Shown piece by piece: positions 56,321 to 64,000 of a stretch of 64,000 bases of DNA; position 1 is the first letter of the stretch, and each line of letters starts with the position of its first letter. Below the pieces are notes generated by a model, which was given only the letters and a program-made list of their open reading frames with translations, searched no databases and was not told the origin of the DNA. The position numbers and the translations under genes are program-made. Source of the stretch: an uncultured candidate division Zixibacteria bacterium (GTDB lineage Bacteria > Zixibacteria > MSB-5A5 > UBA10806); NCBI GenBank assembly GCA_963817915.1, contig CAWFQL010000012.1:192001-256000 (forward strand), written 5' to 3'.

Positions 56321-57412
56321 CTATTTTCTAGCCCGTATCAATAGAAATAGTCCGACCGCCAAAAAGACGATATTTCCTATAGATGCCGCAAGCAGCGGCG
56401 AAATTTTGCCATTATTGCCTAGGCTTTGGCCTATTCGCACTAATACAAAGAATATAAATGATATTATGATTGAAATTCCGAAGCCGACTGAAGGCCCCGA
56501 ACGACGCGGATTGGATGCCAGCGGCGCGCCGATCAGGACAAGTATAAAGCCTGCGAACGGAAATGTTATTTTTAAATAGAGTTCAACTTGTTCTTTCTTG
56601 AAGGGTTCGCCCAATATCCTTTTCTGGCCGATCCTTCTAAGGAGATCAAAAAATGTCATTTGTCGCGGAGGAATCTGCATTTCCGCCATCATGTCAGGTG
56701 TCTGTGTCAGAAATGGCGCCCATAAAGTGTCGAACTTGATAAAATGCTCAGTAGAATCCTTAACGTTGGAAGAAAATTCCTGCCCGACGCCATTTATAAG
56801 TACCCATCCGGAATCGCTGGGGATTAGTTTTTCCGCCGAATAGTTTTTTACGATTTTATTATCCGAAATTCTATAGACCTTCACTTTTGAGGCGATGCGG
56901 CTTTCAACATCGTATTTTTCCCCGAGGATTATCCAATCTCCTTTGCCCGTTACCTTGATATTCTGCCTGGTAATTCTCGAGACTACCTGGTTTTTTTTTA
57001 TCTGATATTCCATTATGTCATCTTTGCGTCTTTCGCATCCGGTAAGCACGAATTCGCCGAATACCATGACGCCGATCGAAAGGAAAAAAGCCGTAATAAG
57101 AATAGGGCTCGCGATTCGATACAAGCTCAAACCGGAGGCCTTTAAGATATCCAGTTCGTGGTTTTTGGCCAGCGAGCCCACGGAAAATAAAACCGAGACC
57201 AGCATTGCTACCGGAAACGCCAGGATAATATAGAATGGCATGTAATTGATGTAATATACGGCCATGACTCCGATCGTGGAATCATACCTTTGCATAATGC
57301 GCCAGCCTCGTTCGACAAAATCAACCACGAATACAATCAAGCTAAATGAGACCAACGTGGCAGCCAGCGACCCCAGATATTTTCCGAGTATGTAACGGTC
57401 TATGATTTTCAT
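56321..57412 (-). CDS. lptG: LPS export permease, LptG-like
   Basis: MKIIDRYI, ELDILKASGLS, KITFPF; LptF/G topology. Confidence 0.82.
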   Translation of the reverse strand: MKIIDRYILGKYLGSLAATLVSFSLIVFVVDFVERGWRIMQRYDSTIGVMAVYYINYMPFYIILAFPVAMLVSVLFSVGSLAKNHELDILKASGLSLYRIASPILITAFFLSIGVMVFGEFVLTGCERRKDDIMEYQIKKNQVVSRITRQNIKVTGKGDWIILGEKYDVESRIASKVKVYRISDNKIVKNYSAEKLIPSDSGWVLINGVGQEFSSNVKDSTEHFIKFDTLWAPFLTQTPDMMAEMQIPPRQMTFFDLLRRIGQKRILGEPFKKEQVELYLKITFPFAGFILVLIGAPLASNPRRSGPSVGFGISIIISFIFFVLVRIGQSLGNNGKISPLLAASIGNIVFLAVGLFLLIRARK

Positions 57413-58773
57413 TGGGTATTTCTGTATCTTCTGGGCAGAAGAATGATGAATGAGGATTTGATTCTATCCAAAAGCGAAACCACCGAAGATTGCCTTATAA
57501 ACATTATTGTCAATATTATCCCCGCGCCTCCAACTACGATATCGCCCAGCCACATAGCCCAGAAAGCCGGCAATGAACCGGAATCCCCCATTTGCTCGCC
57601 GATAATCAGGAACGCCCAATAGATAATGAAAAAGAAGATGGATAGCGCAATGCCTGTTGCGAATCCGCCTTTCCGCGCCAATGATCCTAAAGGCGCGCCA
57701 ATCAATACGAATGATATACAAGCGAATGGAATCGAGAATTTCTTTTCAATTTCAACATTCATTGAATTGACTTCACGGGCATAATTGATAGCGTTGTTGC
57801 TTTGAAAGATCATTTTAGCGTGCGCTTCCTTCACTTTCCTTAAGGCTCTATCAATTCCAGCCATTTTTGAAACTTTAATGTATTGAGTTCCGGGGTTGCC
57901 TATATTTAGCGTATTTCCAACCAAGGCCGCGGAAAGGCTATCGGCTTCATGATAAATTAGATCAAGTCTTTTTTGTCTGCCTTTGTTTTGATCGCGCATC
58001 ATTTCTACAGACATCTCACGATCCCCTCGCATGCTCTCTTGAGTCCTTTGCATATCTGATGACGCTCCCGGAATGGCGATGGTCTGTTTTTCAAATTGAG
58101 TCCTGGTATAACCTTCGGGATTTTTCTGATCCATTTCGAGTATCTCGCCGTCTTCGAGTTCAAGCATAAGAGTGGTTTCATCGGGGCTGAAATACATGTT
58201 GCCTCGTCTGGATGTGATTATACGATCAATGCCTGTGGTTTGAATGATGATTATATCCGATATCTCTGAAGTTTTTCTTGCCACGGTCTTGACCCTGATG
58301 CTGTAGCCCTCGAAGTAATCGAGAAATATATTTTCTTCCAACGACCACGTCGGCTTTTTGGTTGCGATATCTGTCATCAGCATGCGAGCCCGGTGGTTCG
58401 ATTCCGGCAGTACCCTGTCATTAAACCAAACCATGACTATAGTCAGTATTGTGGCGGCGCCAACCATCGGCAGGAGCAGTCGATAATACGAAATCCCGCA
58501 GGCCTTGCAGGCAGTGAGTTCGTTATCAGATGACAATCGTCCGAATACCATCAGTACTGCTACCAATACCGCCATTGGAACCGCAAGGGCCAGCATCCAG
58601 GCCAGGTTTACGGCAAAAAGCTCCATTACCAACGGAATCTTGACACCTTTTTCGATAATAAGGTTCATTATATCAACAAGGAAATCCATTATTAGTACTA
58701 ATGTGATCACCGCCAGGCCAAAAAGAAACGGTCCTATCGATTCTCTCAGCAGGTATTTCGAAAGTGTCTTCAT
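57409..58773 (-). CDS. lptF: LPS export permease, LptF-like
   Basis: FGRLSSDNELTA, KKFSIPFAC, LIGAPLG. Confidence 0.82.
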   Translation of the reverse strand: MKTLSKYLLRESIGPFLFGLAVITLVLIMDFLVDIMNLIIEKGVKIPLVMELFAVNLAWMLALAVPMAVLVAVLMVFGRLSSDNELTACKACGISYYRLLLPMVGAATILTIVMVWFNDRVLPESNHRARMLMTDIATKKPTWSLEENIFLDYFEGYSIRVKTVARKTSEISDIIIIQTTGIDRIITSRRGNMYFSPDETTLMLELEDGEILEMDQKNPEGYTRTQFEKQTIAIPGASSDMQRTQESMRGDREMSVEMMRDQNKGRQKRLDLIYHEADSLSAALVGNTLNIGNPGTQYIKVSKMAGIDRALRKVKEAHAKMIFQSNNAINYAREVNSMNVEIEKKFSIPFACISFVLIGAPLGSLARKGGFATGIALSIFFFIIYWAFLIIGEQMGDSGSLPAFWAMWLGDIVVGGAGIILTIMFIRQSSVVSLLDRIKSSFIILLPRRYRNTQ

Positions 58774-58783
58774 CCTGGTTTGG

Positions 58784-58812
58784 ATTATATCCGCCAGAAT
58801 GACTTATCTCAA
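58784..58812 (-). promoter_or_regulatory. sigma70 promoter of lptF-lptG
   Basis: Minus strand: TTGAGA-N17-TATAAT, 10 nt before the ATG. Confidence 0.6.
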
Positions 58813-58860
58813 GCAATTTCTGCTTGACTGGAGACATCAATTTGCGGTTATTGGGTCACC

Positions 58861-59811
58861 ATGAAGTCTATTTTTATTACCGATCTTTCGCTGGGAGATT
58901 CTGTTGATGAGCTTTTTGTAATTAGAAAAGTTGAATTGAAGGAATATCCGAATGGGAAAATGATCGCGGTTGAATTGGGCGATAAGTCGGGAAGACTAAA
59001 AGGAGTTATATGGTCAGGATCTTCGGAACTCTTGAAGTCATTGCAACCGGCTAAGGTTTATCGGGTTAGGGGCACAGTAACATCCTACAAAGGCGATATT
59101 CAAATCACAGTTGAGAAAGCTGAAGTCGCCGCCGAATTTGATCCATCCGATTTCCTGGCACGAGGCTCGAAATCATTCGATGAACTCGACTCAATTCTTG
59201 CGGATTCAATCGGAAGTATTGATGATAATGATTATAAGCAGCTTTTAAATAAAATATTTTCGGATGGATCGCTGCGCCGTGATTTCCTTAATGGTATCGG
59301 CGGCAAGCTCTGGCATCATAATTATATAGGTGGATTGGCAGAACACACATTTTCAGTATTTAATATATGTCGGGATTTGTCGGGCCGTTTCCAGGAGCTG
59401 GATAGAAATTTACTCCTCACCGGAGCTTTATTGCACGATATCGGCAAATCGGGCAGTTATTCGATGGAAGCATTTTTTGATTATACGGATTCAGGACGAT
59501 TGCTCGGACATATCGTCATGGGAGATGAAATTGCCACGAAGGCGATCGGCGAACTTGCCGGTTTCCCACCTGAGAAGAGTCTCAAAATCCGTCATTTAAT
59601 ATTATCTCACCAGGGATCGCCTGAACAAAGTTCACCGGTCCCGCCAATGATGCCCGAGGGAACGGCATTGTATTGCGCCGATCTTCTGGATTCACAATTG
59701 GCAGCATTGCGACGAATCAAACAAAAGGAGCATCGTCAAGGAATTCGCTGGTCTAATTATGTAAACCTATTGGATCGGCACATATATTTCGGCGATGAGG
59801 AAAGTATCTAA
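58861..59811 (+). CDS. OB-fold plus HD-domain 3'-5' exoribonuclease, YhaM family
   Basis: LGDKSGRL, HHNYIGGLAEHT, LLHDIGK, GRLLGHI, HLILSHQG. Confidence 0.88.
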   Translation: MKSIFITDLSLGDSVDELFVIRKVELKEYPNGKMIAVELGDKSGRLKGVIWSGSSELLKSLQPAKVYRVRGTVTSYKGDIQITVEKAEVAAEFDPSDFLARGSKSFDELDSILADSIGSIDDNDYKQLLNKIFSDGSLRRDFLNGIGGKLWHHNYIGGLAEHTFSVFNICRDLSGRFQELDRNLLLTGALLHDIGKSGSYSMEAFFDYTDSGRLLGHIVMGDEIATKAIGELAGFPPEKSLKIRHLILSHQGSPEQSSPVPPMMPEGTALYCADLLDSQLAALRRIKQKEHRQGIRWSNYVNLLDRHIYFGDEESI

Positions 59812-60401
59812 TGGCAAAAAAGATAATTGAACCAACAACAGCGTTGATACCGCTACCGGCGGTCATGGTTTCATGTCAGGAGCCCGGCGAGACTCCCAAT
59901 ATCATTACCATAGCCTGGACAGGTATTGTCTGCAGCGAGCCGCCGATGCTATCAATCAGCATTCGGCGAAGCAGGCACTCATTCAATATCGTTAAACGAA
60001 CCGGCGAATTCGTAGTGAATATCACTACCCGCGCGCTGGTGCAGGCCACCGATACCTGCGGTTCTATTTCCGGCCGCGATTACAATAAATTCGAAATGGC
60101 GGGTCTAACTCCCGCGCCCGCGTCTAAAGTACGGGTGCCATTGATTGCGGAAAGCCCCATTAATCTTGAATGCCAAACTCGAAAGGAATTCGAGCTTGGC
60201 ACGCATGATATTTTCATAGCTGAGATTGTCGCCACCCACATCGACGAGAGCATTCTTGACGAGAACGGCCATGTCATAATCGAAAAACTGGATCCGTTGG
60301 TGTATTGTCCTCAAGCCCGTCAATATTGGGCCGGTCTGACTAAGATGATTGGCAGATATGGCTATACCGCCCAGGAAGTCAGAGCCCGGAAAAAGAATTG
60401 A
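59811..60401 (+). CDS. Flavin reductase family protein (flavoredoxin-like)
   Basis: PLPAVMVSC, NIITIAW, GEFVVN, ESPINLEC, GTHDIF. Confidence 0.9.
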   Translation: MAKKIIEPTTALIPLPAVMVSCQEPGETPNIITIAWTGIVCSEPPMLSISIRRSRHSFNIVKRTGEFVVNITTRALVQATDTCGSISGRDYNKFEMAGLTPAPASKVRVPLIAESPINLECQTRKEFELGTHDIFIAEIVATHIDESILDENGHVIIEKLDPLVYCPQARQYWAGLTKMIGRYGYTAQEVRARKKN

Positions 60402-61525
60402 AATTCCAAACTAAGTCCATTTCAGGCCAATCTCGCTTAGGTCATTTATCGACAATTCATTCTGAAATTCCGACCCCGGTATTTATGCCGGTGGGCACCA
60501 GGGGTTCTGTTAAGACAATTTCCCATGAAGAATTGGAAACATTCGATTCCAAATTGATTTTGGGAAATACATATCATCTTTATCTTCGACCCGGACATAA
60601 TATTATTGGAAAGCTCGGGGGTCTTCACGGTTTCACCGGCTGGAAGGGTTCTTATTTAACCGATTCCGGCGGTTATCAGGTTTTCTCGCTTCAGTCGTTA
60701 AATAATATCGATGACGGCGGCGTAAGCTTCCAATCTCATATCGATGGTTCGAAACACCGTTTCACGCCGACGGGTGTTGTGGATATTCAAATAGCGTTGG
60801 GCGCGGATATTATGATGCCTCTCGATGTCTGCAGTCCTTATCCGATCACCGAGATAATTGCTGAAAATGACAAAGAGAGAACCATAAAGTGGGTCAATGA
60901 ATCGTTCGACCATTTTCGAAAGTCTGGGAATCAAGGCCGCCAATCGCTATTTGCCATCCTGCAAGGCTCGATTTATGAAAATCAGCGACTATCCTGCCTG
61001 GAATCTATACTTAAGCTCAATCCGCCCGGCATTGCTATCGGCGGATTGTCAGTCGGGGAGCCGAAAGAAGACCGTCAGCGAATACTGGAATTTATCCTGC
61101 CACATATACCGAAAGAATTACCTCGATATCTGATGGGTGTCGGGACTCCGGAGGATATACTCGAAGCAGTGGAGTTGGGCGTTGATATGTTTGATTGTGT
61201 CATGCCAACCCGTAATGCCCGCAACGGCACGCTTTTTACCCGTTATGGAAAGATTATTATCAAATCAGCCCGATATATTGAAGACGAAAACCCGGTAGAT
61301 CCTCAATGCGGCTGTCCGGCCTGCAGAAGGTATAGCAGGGCATTTATAAGGCACCTGTTATCGGTCGGTGAAATACTTGGTCTGCGCCTGGCGACATTGC
61401 ATAATCTCTATTTTTATCTGGATATGATGAAGCAGATAAGAAATTCGATTGAGAATGATAAATTTAAGGAATTCAAAGCCGGATTTATGGCAAATTTATC
61501 GCGCGGCGTTGAGGAAATCGCCTAA
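60398..61525 (+). CDS. tgt: tRNA-guanine(34) transglycosylase
   Basis: TPVFMPVGT, NTYHL, TDSGGYQ, GGLSVGE, DCVMPTRNAR, CGCPAC. Confidence 0.97.
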   Translation: MKFQTKSISGQSRLGHLSTIHSEIPTPVFMPVGTRGSVKTISHEELETFDSKLILGNTYHLYLRPGHNIIGKLGGLHGFTGWKGSYLTDSGGYQVFSLQSLNNIDDGGVSFQSHIDGSKHRFTPTGVVDIQIALGADIMMPLDVCSPYPITEIIAENDKERTIKWVNESFDHFRKSGNQGRQSLFAILQGSIYENQRLSCLESILKLNPPGIAIGGLSVGEPKEDRQRILEFILPHIPKELPRYLMGVGTPEDILEAVELGVDMFDCVMPTRNARNGTLFTRYGKIIIKSARYIEDENPVDPQCGCPACRRYSRAFIRHLLSVGEILGLRLATLHNLYFYLDMMKQIRNSIENDKFKEFKAGFMANLSRGVEEIA

Positions 61526-61570
61526 ATATTTAAAAGTCATTTCACCAATAAGCCAACATAATTATATATA

Positions 61571-62779
61571 TTAGTTCTCGCCGGGAGGGCAATCGCTGCA
61601 AACGATCAGATCATGTCCGCCTTTGAAATAATTTACCATAAAGTTAATATCAAGACCGTTAAAGTTGCAGGTTCCATTGACATCCCCGGCAACATACCAG
61701 GCATTGGGCGGGGGGCATTCGCAATAGTAAAGCACGTTTCTGAATCCTCTAACATACCTTACACCGAAGACAATATCCAAACCATTGAATTCGCCGTCGC
61801 CATTTATATCCCCCACAACATAATGGCAAGCCCCGCTTAAATGAAATATTTGCAATGAACTATTATCAGCGACATAAATAAAGCTATCGGCGTAGCAAAT
61901 GCCATTAGCCGTTCCAGGAGTGTCATAGCCGCATAATGGTTTGATTTGATGCAAGTCGAGAATGTTGATCATATGAATTCCCGTATATCCATCAGCCGTA
62001 AATGCGTGGTATCCGTCAATGAAGACGTTATTCACGCCATAGGGGATATTATTTTCCAGGCGCTGAGGACTTGTGGGGTCGGAAACGTCATAAATTTGTA
62101 ATCCGGCGCCGTTTACGGCCATAAATACATACTGACCGGCGATCTTAATATCTAATGCCCAAAGACCGGTCATTGAATTAGCCCTTCCTATGATCTGCAT
62201 ATCGGAAATATCTATCGCCCAGAGAAATGGCATATATGGCTCGACTATGTTGCTTATAAAAAAGGCGTAATTGCCCTGTACCACCAGATCATGTATTTCA
62301 CCCGCCACCGTAATCGAACCAAGTTCGATAGGGATAGCAGGGTCCGATACATCAAGTTTTCTCATTCCAAGATCGCCATTAGCCAAGTACGCATAGCTAT
62401 TTATGACACAAACGCCGAAGCATTCACGGGTGCAATCAAAGCTGCCTGTTAACATCGGACTTGCAGGATTGGATATATTTATAATCTGCAGTGATGAATA
62501 ATCCGCTACATACGCATATTGACCTGAAATAAAAACATCCATGGCAATTCCTGGAGTGTCATAGATTCCGGTAATTGTGGGGTTAGCGGGGTTTGAGATA
62601 TCGATGATCTGTAACCCAGAATCACTATTGGCAATATAAGCGTAACTCCCGGAGACTAATACTGCGTTTGCGCCAGCGGGAGTGGCAATACTTCCAACAA
62701 ATTCAAATGATTGCCCGGAAGCAATTCCATAGAATGCAAATAACAAAATTGCGATACCTGTCAATATTATTCTTTTCAT
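61571..62779 (-). CDS. Secreted LVIVD-repeat (beta-propeller) protein with a C-terminal dockerin-like domain
   Basis: Repeats of YAYVAD...[25 protein letters not shown]...[13 protein letters not shown]. Confidence 0.82.
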   Translation of the reverse strand: MKRIILTGIAILLFAFYGIASGQSFEFVGSIATPAGANAVLVSGSYAYIANSDSGLQIIDISNPANPTITGIYDTPGIAMDVFISGQYAYVADYSSLQIINISNPASPMLTGSFDCTRECFGVCVINSYAYLANGDLGMRKLDVSDPAIPIELGSITVAGEIHDLVVQGNYAFFISNIVEPYMPFLWAIDISDMQIIGRANSMTGLWALDIKIAGQYVFMAVNGAGLQIYDVSDPTSPQRLENNIPYGVNNVFIDGYHAFTADGYTGIHMINILDLHQIKPLCGYDTPGTANGICYADSFIYVADNSSLQIFHLSGACHYVVGDINGDGEFNGLDIVFGVRYVRGFRNVLYYCECPPPNAWYVAGDVNGTCNFNGLDINFMVNYFKGGHDLIVCSDCPPGEN

Positions 62780-62917
62780 TTTATTCTCCGATTGAAATTG
62801 GGATTTTATTCAAATTTCAAAAGATCGAAGCTGAGATATTTAAATATGCTTTAATATAATTAATAATGCTTATACTTGTCAACGTTTATGTTAATTTGAG
62901 CCGCGAAATTGACAATT

Positions 62918-64000
62918 TCAAGCTGTCTCGGGAGTCTCTGTGCCTTTGCCGAATATACCGAAATAAATCGTGCCCAATATTCCGAATCCGAACGCGGTCC
63001 AGAGATTGATTGATGGATTGATCTTCCAGAGCACTCCGCCAAGGATCGCCGCCAGCGATACGATCGTATCACGAATAAAATAATATGTGCCTACTGTCCG
63101 AGCTTTTGCCTCAGGAACTGCCAGATCTACTATCAACGCTTTTCGAGTTGGCTCGCCGAACTCTTTCAGCCCCCTTATGAAAAACGCAAATATCAGCATG
63201 GATGTGGTCTTGGAAAAAAACAGGGCCGCCGGAAAAAGTGTAAAGAATCCGAATGTTATTAAAACAAATGGTTTTCGCTCGGCTTTATCGGAATAGTAGG
63301 CTACAGGAATATAAAGCAGCATGGCTGTTCCCATCTCGATAGCTGTCAACCAGCCAAATTCCAACGCCCCTTTTTGAGCGATATCCATTACCCATAAAAT
63401 CACGAATGCGTAAGGAATCTGTTCGCAGAAGCGAATCAGAATATCCGATACCAAGAGCCGCTTTAATCCCGGTCTGAATTGTTTTATGAATTTGAATAGA
63501 TGCATTGGTTCGTACTTCAATGATTCGGTTGGTGCCATCCGTTGCTGCAAAATCAGCGAAAAAATCGCGAGTATAAACGCTATCCCAAATGCTATCCTGA
63601 CACCGGTTATCATTCCGTACGCGGCAATCAGCGCCCCGCCGATAACAGGTCCGCCACCCATTGGGATACGCCTGATAATCGAATGCATTGACACACCCAT
63701 GGCTCGTTTTGACTTGGGGAGTAGATTCGCGACGAGGCTCATGGTTGCCGGCAATGATATCGATGACCATGCCAGGAAGAATACCGATGCCACCAAAACT
63801 GCCGGCCAAGAGGGTATCAGCACTACAATGGCATACCCGATCATCGAGATTATATTAAATACCGCCAATGCTTTTTTCGTGCCTAATCTATCGGCTAATA
63901 TTCCGCCAGGCAATGCCCACAATGCGCCGAGAAGATTCTCCATTGCCCCATAAACCCCGATAATTAATATGCCCGCGCCAAGTGTTTCGATATATTTGGG
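62918..64000 (-). CDS. MFS transporter (5' end beyond the window)
   Basis: GGILADRLGTKK motif A; about 12 TMs; frame stays open to the window edge. Confidence 0.85.
   Translation of the reverse strand, partial: PKYIETLGAGILIIGVYGAMENLLGALWALPGGILADRLGTKKALAVFNIISMIGYAIVVLIPSWPAVLVASVFFLAWSSISLPATMSLVANLLPKSKRAMGVSMHSIIRRIPMGGGPVIGGALIAAYGMITGVRIAFGIAFILAIFSLILQQRMAPTESLKYEPMHLFKFIKQFRPGLKRLLVSDILIRFCEQIPYAFVILWVMDIAQKGALEFGWLTAIEMGTAMLLYIPVAYYSDKAERKPFVLITFGFFTLFPAALFFSKTTSMLIFAFFIRGLKEFGEPTRKALIVDLAVPEAKARTVGTYYFIRDTIVSLAAILGGVLWKINPSINLWTAFGFGILGTIYFGIFGKGTETPETA

Overview
A 64 kb, mostly housekeeping chromosomal segment of a diderm, LPS-making bacterium. A T9SS-type C-terminal domain, a Cys-flanked dockerin-like C-terminus and a RpoD lacking region 1.1 suggest an FCB-group lineage, most likely candidate division Zixibacteria (inference). 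Core content: kdsB-pyrG-kdsA; kdsC-kdsD-lpxL-lptC-lptB-rpoN-hpf-hprK; tilS-hpt-ftsH-folE-folP-dacA-obgE-dprA-ptsH-ptsI-pgi/pmi; metK-ahcY; lptF/G; tgt; two HtrA proteases; two tRNA-Lys genes. Most notable: (1) a 1148 bp, integrase-less, single-gene islet bracketed by a 51 bp direct repeat of the tRNA-Lys(CTT) 3' half that starts exactly at the anticodon loop; (2) an adjacent three-gene operon behind a strong sigma54 -24/-12 site (putative outer-membrane protein, large lipoprotein, and a FabF-like ketosynthase with Ser in place of its catalytic Cys); (3) dispersed 28 bp GTAG...CTAC REP-like palindromes; (4) several apparently leaderless genes; (5) a long structured leader before hpf; (6) a stand-alone peptidase propeptide (FTP+PepSY) gene. 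kdsB, tilS, ptsI and metK carry clustered inserted bases that most likely are sequencing or assembly errors. All product calls come from motif recognition by eye; no searches were run.
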